From positions 45,198,001 to 45,262,000 of the forward strand of contig NC_043015.1 in the NCBI RefSeq assembly GCF_006345805.1: a stretch of 64,000 bases of DNA. The letters are read 5' to 3'. Position numbers and translations under genes: made by a program. The notes under the pieces were generated by a model. The model did not search any database. It saw only the letters and a program-made list of their open reading frames with translations, and was not told the origin of the DNA. Of the stretch, positions 11,201-24,812 are shown one piece after another. Each line of letters begins with the position of its first letter. Positions within the stretch are counted from its first letter, which is position 1. Source of the DNA: Octopus sinensis. Lineage: Eukaryota.

Positions 11201-14200
11201 GAAAGCTGGAGGGTATATCAGCTGAAACATTGTGCTAACAACAAACAAGATGAGGACAAATATCTGTCTGAGAACCCAGGTCTGAAATTTCCCCAAGACA
11301 CCTGAAGAAAGCTGGAGGGTATATCAGCTGAAACATTGTGCTAACAACAAACAAGATGAGGACAAAATCTGTCTGAGAACCCAGGTCTGAAATTTCCCCA
11401 AGACACCTGAAGAAGGCTGGAGGGTATATCAGCTGAAACATTGTGCTAACAACAAACAAGATGAGGACAAATATCTGTCTGAGAACCCAGGTCTGAAATT
11501 TCCCCAAGACACCTGAAGAAAGCTGGAGGGTATATCAGCTGAAACATTGTGCTAACAACAACAAGATGAGGACAAATATCTGTCTGAGAACCCAGGTCTG
11601 AAATTTCCCCAAGACACCTGAAGAAAGCTGGAGGGTATATCAGCTGAAACATTGTGCTAACAACAAACAAGATGAGGACAAATATCTGTCTGAGAACCCA
11701 GGTCTGAAATTTCCCCAAGACACCTGAAGAAAGCTGGAGGGTATATCAGCTGAAACATTGTGCTAACAACAAACAAGATGAGGACAAATATCTGTCTGAG
11801 AACCCAGGTCTGAAATTTCCCCAAGACACCTGAAGAAAGCTGGAGGGTATATCAGCTGAAACATTGTGCTAACAACAAACAAGATGAGGACAAATATCTG
11901 TCTGAGAACCCAGGTCTGAAATTTCCCCAGACACCTGAAGAAGAAAGCTGGAGGGTATATCAGCTGAAACATTGTGCTAACAACAAACAAGATGAGGACA
12001 AATATCTGTCTGAGAACCCAGGTCTGAAATTTCCCCAAGACACCTGAAGAAGAAGGCTGGAGGGTTATATCAGCTGAAACATTGTGCTAACAACAAACAA
12101 GATGAGGACAAATATCTGTCTGAGAACCCAGGTCTGAAATTTCCCCAAGACACCTGAAGAAAGCTGGAGGGTATATCAGCTGAAACATTGTGCTAACAAC
12201 CAAACAAGATGAGGACAAATATCTGTCTGAGAACCCAGGTCTGAAATTTCCCCAAGACACCTGAAGAAGGCTGGAGGGATATCAGCTGAAACATTGTGCT
12301 AACAACAAACAAGATGAGGACAAATATCTGTCTGAGAACCCAGGTCTGAAATTTCCCCAAGACACTGAAGAAAGCTGGAGGGTATATCAGCTGAAACATT
12401 GTGCTAACAACAAACAAGATGAGGACAAATATCTGTCTGAGAACCCAGGTCTGAAATTCCCCAAGACACCTGAAGAAAGCTGGAGGGTATATCAGCTGAA
12501 ACATTGTGCTAACAACAAACAAGATGAGGACAAATATCTGTCTGAGAACCAGGTCTGAAATTTCCCCAAGACACCTGAAGAAAGCTGGAGGGTATATCAG
12601 CTGAAAATTGTGCTAACAACAAACAAGATGAGGACAAATATCTGTCTGAGAACCCAGGTCTGAAATTTCCCCAAGACACCTGAAGAAAGCTGGAGGGTAT
12701 ATCAGCTGAAACATTGTGCTAACAACAAACAAGATGAGGACAAATATCTGTCTGAGAACCCAGGTCTGAAATTTCCCAAGACACCTGAAGAAAGCTGGAG
12801 GGTATATCAGCTGAAACATTGTGCTAACAACAAACAAGATGAGGACAAATATCTGTCTGAGAACCCAGGTCTGAAATTTCCCCAAGACACCTGAAGAAGG
12901 CTGGAGGGTATATCAGCTGAAACATTGTGCTAACAACAAACAGATGAGGACAAATATCTGTCTGAGAACCCAGGTCTGAAATTTCCCCAAGACACCTGAA
13001 GAAAGCTGGAGGGTATATCAGCTGAAACATTGTGCTAACAACAAACAAGATGAGGACAAATATCTGTCTGAGAACCCAGGTCTGAAATTTCCCCAAGACA
13101 CCTGAAGAAGGCTGGAGGGTATATCAGCTGAAACATTGTGCTAACAACAAACAAGATGAGGACAAATATCTGTCTGAGAACCCAGGTCTGAAATTTCCCC
13201 AAGACACTGAAGAAAGCTGGAGGGTATATCAGCTGAAACATTGTGCTAACAACAAACAAGATGAGGACAAATATCTGTCTGAGAACCCAGGTCTGAAATT
13301 TCCCCAAGACACTGAAGAAAGCTGGAGGGTATATCAGCTGAAACATTGTGCTAACAACAAACAAATGAGGACAAATATCTGTCTGAGAACCCAGGTCTGA
13401 AATTTCCCCAAGACACCTGAAGAAAGCTGGAGGGTATATCAGCTGAAACATTGTGCTAACAACAAACAAGATGAGGACAAATATCTGTCTGAGAACCCAG
13501 GTCTGAAATTTCCCCAAGACACCTGAAGAAAGCTGGAGGGTATATCAGCTGAAACATTGTGCTAACAACAAACAAGATGAGGACAAATATCTGTCTGAGA
13601 ACCCAGGTCTGAAATTTCCCCAAGACCCTGAAGAAAGCTGGAGGGTATATCAGCTGAAACATTGTGCTAACAACAAACAAGATGAGGACAAATATCTGTC
13701 TGAGAACCCAGGTCTGAAATTTCCCCAAGACACCTGAAGAAAGCTGGAGGGTATATCAGCTGAAACATTGTGCTAACAACAAACAAGATGAGGACAAATA
13801 TCTGTCTGAGAACCCAGGTCTGAAATTTCCCCAAGACACCTGAAGAAAGCTGGAGGGTATATCAGCTGAAACATTGTGCTAACAACAAACAAGATGAGGA
13901 CAAATATCTGTCTGAGAACCCAGGTCTGAAATTTCCCCAAGACACCTGAAGAAAGCTGGAGGGTATATCAGCTGAAACATTGTGCTAACAACAAACAAGA
14001 TGAGGACAAATATCTGTCTGAGAACCAGGTCTGAAATTTCCCCAAGACACCTGAAGAAGGCTGGAGGGTATATCAGCTGAAACATTGTGCTAACAACAAA
14101 CAAGATGAGGACAAATATCTGTCTGAGAACCCAGGTCTGAAATTTCCCCAAGACACCTGAAGAAGGCTGGAGGGTATATCAGCTGAAACATTGTGCTAAC

Positions 14201-17200
14201 AACAAACAAGATGAGGACAAATATCTGTCTGAGACCCAGGTCTGAAATTTCCCCAAGACACCTGAAGAAAGCTGGAGGGTATATCAGCTGAAACATTGTG
14301 CTAACAACAAACAAGATGAGGACAAATATCTGTCTGAGAACCCAGGTCTGAAATTTCCCCAAGACACCTGAAGAAAGCTGGAGGGTATATCAGCTGAAAC
14401 ATTGTGCTAACAACAAACAAGATGAGGACAAATATCTGTCTGAGAACCCAGGTCTGAAATTTCCCCAAGACACCTGAAGAAGGCTGGAGGGTATATCAGC
14501 TGAAACATTGTGCTAACAACAAACAAGATGAGGACAAATATCTGTCTGAGAACCCAGGTCTGAAATTTCCCCAAGACACCTGAAGAAAGCTGGAGGGTAT
14601 ATCAGCTGAAACATTGTGCTAACAACAAACAAGATGAGGACAAATATCTGTCTGAGAACCCAGGTCTGAAATTTCCCCAAGACACCTGAAGAAGGCTGGA
14701 GGGTATATCAGCTGAAACATTGTGCTAACAACAAACAAGATGAGGACAAATATCTGTCTGAGAACCCAGGTCTGAAATTTCCCCAAGACACCTGAAAAAA
14801 GCTGGAGGGTATATCAGCTGAAACATTGTGCTAACAACAAAAAAGATGAGGACAAATATCTGTCTGAGAACCCAGGTCTGAAATTTCCCCAAGACACCTG
14901 AAGAAAGCTGGAGGGTATATCAGCTGAAACATTGTGCTAACAACAAACAAGATGAGGACAAATATCTGTCTGAGAACCCAGGTCTGAAATTTCCCCAAGA
15001 CACCTGAAGAAAGCTGGAGGGTATATCAGCTGAAACATTGTGCTAACAACAACAAACAAGATGAGGACAAATATCTGTCTGAGAACCCAGGTCTGAAATT
15101 TCCCCAAGACACCTGAAGAAAGCTGGAGGGTATATCAGCTGAAACATTGTGCTAACAACAAACAAGATGAGGACAAATATCTGTCTGAGAACCCAGGTCT
15201 GAAATTTCCCCAAGACACCTGAAGAAAGCTGGAGGGTATATCAGCTGAAACATTGTGCTAACAACAAACAAGATGAGGACAAATATCTGTCTGAGAACCC
15301 AGGTCTGAAATTTCCCCAAGACACCTGAAGAAGGCTGGAGGGTATATCAGCTGAAACATTGTGCTAACAACAAACAAGATGAGGACAAATATCTGTCTGA
15401 GAACCCAGGTCTGAAATTTCCCCAAGACACCTGAAGAAAGCTGGAGGGTATATATCAGCTGAAACATTGTGCTAACAACAAACAAGATGAGGACAAATAT
15501 CTGTCTGAGAACCCAGGTCTGAAATTTCCCCAAGACACCTGAAGAAGGCTGGAGGGTATATCAGCTGAAACATTGTGCTAACAACAAACAAGATGAGGAC
15601 AAATATCTGTCTGAGAACCCAGGTCTGAAATTTCCCCAAGACACCTGAAGAAAGCTGGAGGGTATATCAGCTGAAACATTGTGCTAACAACAAACAAGAT
15701 GAGGACAAATATCTGTCTGAGAACCCAGGTCTGAAATTTCCCCAAGACACCTGAAGAAGCTGGAGGGTATATCAGCTGAAACATTGTGCTAACAACAAAC
15801 AAGATGAGGACAAATATCTGTCTGAGACCCAGGTCTGAAATTTCCCCAAGACACCTGAAGAAAGCTGGAGGGTATATCAGCTGAAACATTGTGCTAACAA
15901 CAACAAGATGAGGACAAATATCTGTCTGAGAACCCAGGTCTGAAATTTCCCCAAGACACCTGAAGAAAGCTGGAGGGTATATCAGCTGAAACATTGTGCT
16001 AACAACAAACAAGATGAGGACAAATATCTGTCTGAGAACCCAGGTCTGAAATTTCCCCAAGACACCTGAAGAAAGCTGGAGGGTATATCAGCTGAAACAT
16101 TGTGCTAACAACAAACAAGATGAGGACAAATATCTGTCTGAGAACCCAGGTCTGAAATTCCCCAAGACACCTGAAGAAGGCTGGAGGGTATATCAGCTGA
16201 AACATTGTGCTAACAACAAACAAGATGAGGACAAATATCTGTCTGAGAACCCAGGTCTGAAATTTCCCCAAGACACCTGAAGAAAGCTGGAGGGTATATC
16301 AGCTGAAACATTGTGCTAACAACAAACAAGATGAGGACAAATATCTGTCTGAGAACCCAGGTCTGAAATTTCCCCAAGACACCTGAAGAAGGCTGGAGGG
16401 TATATCAGCTGAAACATTGTGCTAACAACAAACAAGATGAGGACAAATATCTGTCTGAGAACCCAGGTCTGAAATTTCCCCAAGACACCTGAAGAAAGCT
16501 GGAGGGTATATCAGCTGAAACATTGTGCTAACAACAAACAAGATGAGGACAAATATCTGTCTGAGAACCCAGGTCTGAAATTTCCCCAAGACACCTGAAG
16601 AAAGCTGGAGGGTATATCAGCTGAAACATTGTGCTAACAACAAACAAGATGAGGACAAATATCTGTCTGAGAACCCAGGTCTGAAATTTCCCCAAGACAC
16701 CTGAAGAAAGCTGGAGGGTATATCAGCTGAAACATTGTGCTAACAACAAACAAGATGAGGACAAATATCTGTCTGAGAACCCAGGTCTGAAATTTCCCCA
16801 AGACACCTGAAGAAAGCTGGAGGGTATATCAGCTGAAACATTGTGCTAACAACAAACAAGATGAGGACAAATATCTGTCTGAGAACCCAGGTCTGAAATT
16901 TCCCCAAGACCCTGAAGAAAGCTGGAGGGTATATCAGCTGAAACATTGTGCTAACAACAAACAAGATGAGGACAAATATCTGTCTGAGAACCCAGGTCTG
17001 AAATTTCCCCAAGACACCTGAAGAAAGCTGGAGGGTATATCAGCTGAAACATTGTGCTAACAACAAACAAGATGAGGACAAATATCTGTCTGAGAACCCA
17101 GGTCTGAAATTTCCCCAAGACACCTGAAGAAAGCTGGAGGGTATATCAGCTGAAACATTGTGCTAACAACAAACAAGATGAGGACAAATATCTGTCTGAG

Positions 17201-19311
17201 AACCCAGGTCTGAAATTTCCCCAAGACACCTGAAGAAAGCTGGAGGGTATATCAGCTGAAACATTGTGCTAACAACAAACAAGATGAGGACAAATATCTG
17301 TCTGAGAACCCAGGTCTGAAATTTCCCCAAGACACCTGAAGAAAGCTGGAGGGTACATCAGCTGAAACATTGTGCTAACAACAAACAAGATGAGGACAAA
17401 TATCTGTCTGAGAACCCAGGTCTGAAATTTCCCCAAGACACCTGAAGAAAGCTGGAGGGTATATCAGCTGAAACATTGTGCTAACAACAAACAAGATGAG
17501 GACAAATATCTGTCTGAGAACCCAGGTCTGAAATTTCCCCAAGACACCTGAAGAAAGCTGGAGGGTATATCAGCTGAAACATTGTGCTAACAACAAACAA
17601 GATGAGGACAAATATCTGTCTGAGAACCCAGGTCTGAAATTTCCCCAAGACACCTGAAGAAAGCTGGAGGGTACATCAGCTGAAACATTGTGCTAACAAC
17701 AAACAAGATGAGGACAAATATCTGTCTGAGAACCCAGGTCTGAAATTTCCCCAAGACACCTGAAGAAAGCTGGAGGGTATATCAGCTGAAACATTGTGCT
17801 AACAACAAACAAGATGAGGACAAATATCTGTCTGAGAACCCAGGTCTGAAATTTCCCCAAGACACCTGAAGAAAGCTGGAGGGTACATCAGCTGAAACAT
17901 TGTGCTAACAACAAACAAGATAAGGACAAATATCTGTCTGAGAACCCAGGTCTGAAATTTCCCCAAGACACCTGAAGAAAGCTGGAGGGTATATCAGCTG
18001 AAACATTGTGCTAACAACAAACAAGATGAGGACAAATATCTGTCTGAGAACCCAGTCTGAAATTTCCCCAAGACACCTGAAGAAAGCTGGAGGGTATATC
18101 AGCTGAAACATTGTGCTAACAACAAACAAGATGAGGACAATATCTGTCTGAGAACCCAGGTCTGAAATTTCCCCAACACCTGAAGAAAGCTGGAGGGTAT
18201 ATCAGCTGAAACATTGTGCTAACAACAAACAAGATGAGGACAAATATCTGTCTGAGAACCCAGGTCTGAAATTTCCCCAAGACACCTGAAGAAAGCTGGA
18301 GGGTATATCAGCTGAACATTGTGCTAACAACAAACAAGATGAGGACAAATATCTGTCTGAGAACCCAGGTCTGAAATTTCCCCAAGACACCTGAAGAAAG
18401 CTGGAGGGTACATCAGCTGAAACATTGTGCTAACAACAAACAAGATGAGGACAAATATCTGTCTGAGAACCCAGGTCTGAAATTTCCCCAAGACACCTGA
18501 AGAAAGCTGGAGGGTACATCAGCTGAAACATTGTGCTAACAACAAACAAGATGAGGACAAATATCTGTCTGAGAACCCAGGTCTGAAATTTCCCCAAGAC
18601 ACCTGAAGAAAGCTGGAGGGTATATCAGCTGAAACATTGTGCTAACAACAAACAAGATGAGGACAAATATCTGTCTGAGAACCCAGGTCTGAAATTTCCC
18701 CAAGACACCTGAAGAAAGCTGGAGGGTATATCAGCTGAAACATTGTGCTAACAACAAACAAGATGAGGACAAATATCTGTCTGAGAACCCAGGTCTGAAA
18801 TTTCCCCAAGACACCTGAAGAAAGCTGGAGGGTACATCAGCTGAAACATTGTGCTAACAACAAACAAGATAAGGACAAATATCTGTCTGAGAACCCAGGT
18901 CTGAAATTTCCCCAAGACACCTGAAGAAAGCTGGAGGGTATATCAGCTGAAACATTGTGCTAACAACAAACAAGATGAGGACAAATATCTGTCTGAGAAC
19001 CCAGGTCTGAAATTTCCCCAAGACACCTGAAGAAAGCTGGAGGGTATATCAGCTGAAACATTGTGCTAACAACAAACAAGATGAGGACAAATATCTGTCT
19101 GAGAACCCAGGTCTGAAATTTCCCCAAGACACCTGAAGAAAGCTGGAGGGTATATCAGCTGAAACATTGTGCTAACAACAAACAAGATGAGGACAAATAT
19201 CTGTCTGAGAACCCAGGTCTGAAATTTCCCCAAGACACCTGAAGAAAGCTGGAGGGTATATCAGCTGAAACATTGTGCTAACAACAAACAAGATGAGGAC
19301 AAATATCCGTC
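8204..19311 (+). repeat. Tandem array of about 105 x 106-bp units, each with a hammerhead-like core
   Basis: Consensus TGAGAACCCAGGTCTGAAATTTCCCCAAGACACCTGAAGAAAGCTGGAGGGTATATCAGCTGAAACATTGTGCTAACAACAAACAAGATGAGGACAAATATCTGTC, near-identical over 11.1 kb, with no variable spacers. Confidence 0.99.
8232..8277 (+). ncRNA. Minimal type I hammerhead ribozyme (first array unit)
   Basis: GACAC CUGAAGA A GGCUG [GAGGGUAUAU] CAGCC GAAA CG UU^ GUGUU: stem I GACAC/GUGUU, 5-bp stem II, palindromic AACGUU stem III, predicted cleavage after 8272. Confidence 0.8.
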
Positions 19312-20937
19312 GAATGTAAATAATGTACATAATTCCTTATCTCTTAAAAATAGAACTGTATAACCGTAAGAGTATTTGAAATATCCTTGGTTTCACATGA
19401 TTACAATTTACACTCTTCAGGTTCTTAAAATTAACATTACAATCCTATTTGTATTTACCATTTAGCCAAACATGGTTCTATACTGATGTATTTTCATGGC
19501 ACATACAGAATGACAAACTCTTCCATAGAATACAGGTTGTGTGAAGTTCCATGGTTAATCGCAACATATTCTTTAAAACCATTTTATTTTGGTAATGTTT
19601 TTTTCCACTTTGTTTTTTCTACATATTATGTACATATTCATTTCATTATGTGAGATGAAACTCTATAATGATAGAGTTATCTGTTGGTGACCACAAAACA
19701 GAAGAAAAAAAGGTAAATAGAAAACAAAATAATAATTATATAAGAATAATAATAACAAAACAAAACACAACAAAAATACAAACAAAATAAAAAAAAAAAT
19801 ATATATATGAAAATTGAAGAATAAGAAACAGTGAAGCAAAACAATGATCTTCTTTAACATATAATATTAATAATTATAATAATAGTAATATTAATTAAGG
19901 GTTATGATAACTTAGGTTTGTTTTCTGTGTTATAATGACAATAACAATAGTAATATTAATTATTATTATTGTTATTATTAGGGCAGTGAATAGCAGAATT
20001 GGTAGAGCGCCAGACAAAATGCTTTATGGTATTCAGTTATGTTCCGAGTTAAATTTCAACTAAGTTTCTGTGCAGTGGGACTGAATCTGAAACCATGTGG
20101 TTGTACAGCAAGCTTCTTAACCACACTGCCATATCTCAGAAAAAAATTTTGTTTCTAAAAAAAGTGTTACCAATGTGAACCGCTCATGGTTAAATGATGG
20201 ATTCCTGGTTGTTTGGCTGACAGATTAACCCTAAGTGTTGTAAGTTTGCCTGATGGTGGCCAACAAGTGACATACACCAAAAAAAACATCTACCACAACT
20301 AGCCTTTGTTTTGGGGAAGAAGTGTAAAATAAAACATGTTTTAAGACATACCGGGTGTGGTGAGAAAAGTAAAATTTCACAGGATTTTGAAAATCAGAAT
20401 ATAGGTGGGTAGCAGAACTAAATTCTAAGGAACATGTAGCTGAATTCTCTATTGTTTCTGGCAATAAAATCAGGAATATCAACCCTTTTGATACCAAACT
20501 GCCCCAAGACCACACATGGATCTTTGATACAATCTTTAGTTTTTAAAGTGAACTTCAATAAAAATTTCATATCAATTTATGTTTCAAACTCTCTATTTCA
20601 ATCCTTTAGCATTTAAACTGTCCATATCTGGCCCAAATATTCTACCTGTTTTGTGTTCAAAGCAATCAGATCTGGCCTCTTGCACCTACCCTACAATGTC
20701 ATTCTAAACATAAACATTCACATCATCAAAATCTTGAAGCATGATGTATTCTCTTTTACTTGTTTCAGTCATGTGACTGCGGCCATGCTGGAGCACCGCC
20801 TTTAATCGAGCAAATCGAACCCAGGACTTATTCTTTGTAAGCCTAGTACTTATTCTATCGGTCTCTTTTGCCGAACCACTAAGTTATGGGGACGTAAACA
20901 CACCAGCATTGGTTGTGAAGCGACGTTGGGGGGACAA

Positions 20938-20974
<37 letters not shown>

Positions 20975-21875
20975 CGACGGGCTTCTTTCAGTTTCCATCT
21001 ACCAAATCCACTCACAAGGCTTTGGTCGGCCTGAAGCTATAGTAAAAGACACTTGCCCAAGGTGCCACACAGTGGGACTGAACCCGGAACCATGTGGTTG
21101 ATAAGCAAGCTACTTACCACACAGCCACTCCTGCACCTATTCAAGACAATGTGAATTAATAAGCATCACATTCGACAATAATCTGAATGCTAAAGGGCTA
21201 GTAATAATAAAAGATATTTTACTAAATTCTTCATTATTACCAAAATTAATTAAAACCAAATAAAAAAGTGTATTTTAACAGGAATTCGGTAACAAAAAGG
21301 ATTAAAATTATTGTTTATTGATGAAAGAAAAAAAAATTTAAATGACAGAAAAATAAAACAAGAACAACAACAACAACAACGGCAACAAACAAACAAAACA
21401 TACTTGTATGTTAAATTGATGCAACTGAATTCATTATCATGCGGCAGTTTAAATATAATGAAATGATTCGATTAATCAACCAATTGTTTAATTGATATTT
21501 TGATGGATTTTTGTGAGAATATTTTTCTTCTTTTTCCTTTCCTTTCTCTATTTCCTTCCTCGTTAAAGTTTTTACCTCTTGCTTTCCCTTTCCTGAACCC
21601 TATCTTTTTCAATTTTTTTTTTCAAGGCAGTGAGGTAATTATTAACTCCCTAAATGATCTAAGTATGGGTTTGATGTTTTATTTTCAGTCATTTGACTGT
21701 GGCCATGCTGGAGCACCACCTTTTAGTCGAGCAAATCGACCCCCAGGACTTATTCTTTGTAAGCCTAGTACTTATTCTATCGGTCTCTTTTGCCGAACCG
21801 CTAAGTTACGGGGACATAAACACACCAGCATCGGTTGTCGAGCGATGTTGGGGGGGGACAAACACAGACAAACAA

Positions 21876-21930
<55 letters not shown>

Positions 21931-22392
21931 CATATATATATACATATATATGACGGGCTTCTTTCAGTTTCCGTCTACCAAATCCACTCCCAAGGCTTTG
22001 GTCGGCCCGAGGCTATAGTAGAAGACACTTGCCCAAGGTGCCACACAGTGGGACTGAACCCGGAACCATGTGGTTGGTAAGCAAGCTACTTACCACACAG
22101 CCACTCCTACGCCTATGTGTACAAAGTTATATAAATATGGTGTTAAAAATGTTATATGGTTACAGTTGCTAAATGGAGAAGGCCCGAAAATGTGATTTAT
22201 GACAAACAGACCAATAAATGCTTCCTAACAAACGTTGCTGTCTACTTGCCTGAACAAATGCCCCAAAGAAATGATTCTAGAAAATTGTCAAATTTTCAAA
22301 CTATGAATTAGACTACTCACACATACACACGTCGCCATGATAGATCGTTAGCCACTACACACATTTTTCTCTCTCCCTGTTTTTCTGTGTCC

Positions 22393-22428
22393 CTTTCTGA
22401 AGAAGAGCGTAGGCTCGAAACGTAAAAG
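22393..22428 (+). ncRNA. Minimal type I hammerhead ribozyme in a Penelope-like terminal fragment
   Basis: CUUU CUGAAGA A GAGC GUAG GCUC GAAA CG UA^ AAAG; all core bases and stems I and II are present, with an ACGU palindrome for a dimeric stem III. Confidence 0.8.
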
Positions 22429-23012
22429 ACTTTTTCTATTCCTGAGCGTTATACTAATACATCTGTTTGTTTTTTACACCACCTGTCTTCGTCTTTTGTT
22501 TTTTTCATAAACTCTCCCTATATATATTATATATATATATATATACATACATATATATATACATATATATGACGGGCTTCTTTCAGTTTCCGTCTACCAA
22601 ATCCACTCCCAAGGCTTTGGTCGGCCCGAGGCTATAGTAGAAGACACTTGCCCAAGGTGCCACACAGTGGGACTGAACCCGGAACCATGTGGTTGGTAAG
22701 CAAGCTACTTACCACACAGCCACTCCTACGCCTATGTGTACAAAGTTATATAAATATGGTGTTAAAAATGTTATATGGTTACAGTTGCTAAATGGAGAAG
22801 GCCCGAAAATGTGATTTATGACAAACAGACCAATAAATGCTTCCTAACAAACGTTGCTGTCTACTTGCCTGAACAAATGCCCCAAAGAAATGATTCTAGA
22901 AAATTGTCAAATTTTCAAACTATGAATTAGACTACTCACACATACACACGTCGCCATGATAGATCGTTAGCCACTACACACATTTTTCTCTCTCCCTGTT
23001 TTTTCTGTGTCC

Positions 23013-23048
23013 CTTTCTGAAGAAGAGCGTAGGCTCGAAACGTAAAAG
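23013..23048 (+). ncRNA. Second copy of the minimal hammerhead (local duplication)
   Basis: Identical to 22393-22428, 620 bp downstream. Confidence 0.8.
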
Positions 23049-24780
23049 ACTTTTTCTATTCCTGAGCGTTATACTAATACATCTGTTTGTTTTTTACACC
23101 ACCTGTCTTCGTCTTTTGTTTTTTTCATAAACTCTCCCTATATATATATATATATAAGTTCTAGAAATGCTGTGTGCCACACCCACACTTAACAAGAAAA
23201 CTTCTCACACACTCTACCACAACAAACCAAACTATATCTCTACATCTCTTCTCTTCTTCACACTTTCACTTCATGTACTATGCTTACCCACTCCCCAATG
23301 TTGTCTTCTTGGCTCTGTCTCACTGATTCATATCATTACTATCCACAAGCCCAGCGGACCTGTGTGTTCCATCCACACTTAACAAAAAAACTTTTCACAC
23401 ACCCTACTCCCACAAACCAATCTACATCTCTGCATCTCTTCTCTTCCTCACATTTCCTCCTTCATACACTATGCCTACCTCTCACTCCCCAATCCTGTCC
23501 TCATGGCCCTGTTTCTCTGTATCATTGCTACCAGGCAGCTCCCCACCCCCAACTCTCTATATACCCAGGTTTTCACCACTCACTTTCTCACCCCTTCGCA
23601 CACTCTAATCCTGCTCCTTTTGCAATATCCTGCCACCTGTAATACGACCTCTGAACCTTCCATTTACATTCTGATCCCTGTCTGTTGTGAGTATGCCCAG
23701 TACTTTGTCACCATCTATATCCTGATGTCTCCTACTCTCTCTCCATCTCCTGCACTTCCCTCAGGTGAGGTAACCATGTATCTCCTTGCAGCAGCACACC
23801 TGTTTCTTCCTCTCTGTCTCACTATAGCCTTTCATCACCTGATACAAGATCACCTCCTCTTATGACCCCTCTCCTCACAAATAATTTTTGTCTAGCAAGT
23901 TACTTGGTGACCCTGTCAGTGCAGGTGCCACTTAAAAAGCATCCAATCCACACTGTTTGGAAGGGCATCCAGCTGTAAAAACCTTGCCAAAACTGACCTT
24001 GCCTGTGTTTGAATCACGTAAAAAGCACTAAGTCTGCTCTGCTGAGTAAGTTGGTGTTAGGAAGGGCATCCAGCTGTAAAAATCCTGCCAAAACAGTCAC
24101 AGAAGTCTGATATGGGCCTACTGCTTGGCCAGCTCCTGGCAAACCATCCCACCCATGCTGGCATGGGTTGGACTATTTGACTGAGGACTGGCGAACCAGA
24201 TGGCTGCACCAGGCTCCAATCTTTATCTGGCAGAGTTTCTACAGCTGGATGCCCTTCCTAACGCCAACCACTCAGAGAGTGTAGTGGGTGCTTTTTACAT
24301 GTCACCGGCACGGGGGTCAGTCAGGAAGTACTGGCAACGACCTTGCTCAAATGTTTTTACACATGCCACCAGCGCAAGTGCCAGTAAGGCGACTCTGGTA
24401 ACGATCGCACTCGAATGGTGCCTTTTACATGCTACTGGCACAAAAGCCATTTAGCCGCTCTGGCAATGATCACGCTCGGATGATGCTCTTAGTACCCTAC
24501 TAGCATGGGGCACAAGTGCCAGTAAGGTGACACTGGTAATGATCACACTCGAATGGTGCCTTTTATGTGCCACTATACACACATAATAACAGTTTGGTTC
24601 AGCTCCATGCAACTTAAAGTTTCATAGCCCCGTCTTGCCAGGCCTGTAGAAACCGATTGAAACAAATCTAAGATGACCTCTGGATGTTTCCTAACAAATG
24701 TGTTGAATGTCACTTTTTTCCGTTTGTCCATTCACTTATGTATGTATACACGGATGGATGGTTGACCGTTTATGTGTGTG

Positions 24781-24812
<32 letters not shown>

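Larger units (their letters stand above)
8064..19358 (+). mobile_element. tRNA-derived SINE-like element hosting the array
   Basis: A box TGGCGTAGTGG (8071-8081) and B box GAGTTCAATTCC (8114-8125), then (TAA)n, then the first array unit. Non-repeated sequence resumes after the last unit (ATATCCGTCGAATGTAAAT...). The 3' end is approximate. Confidence 0.7.
21946..23140. repeat. Tandem duplication of about 620 bp
   Basis: 21946-22520 and 22566-23140 are almost identical. Each copy holds half a SINE, unique sequence and the hammerhead fragment. The breakpoints lie in (TA)n. Confidence 0.92.

Noticed and set aside
8960-18320. Scattered single-base indels between array units as real variation
   Set aside because: They fall mostly in homopolymers and rarely recur in a pattern, which is typical of uncorrected long-read error. 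I did not use them as evidence.
8806-18390. Repeated - strand ORFs (MGKFQTWVLRQIFVLILFVV...)
   Set aside because: The 106-bp unit is not a multiple of 3 and the starts are TTG. Longer ORFs arise only where single-base indels shift the frame.
8204-19311. CRISPR array
   Set aside because: The units are identical end to end with no unique spacers, there are no cas genes, and the context is eukaryotic.
23167-23865. Overlapping ORFs in a pyrimidine-rich block
   Set aside because: Low complexity with an old internal duplication of about 190 bp and no recognisable protein motif.
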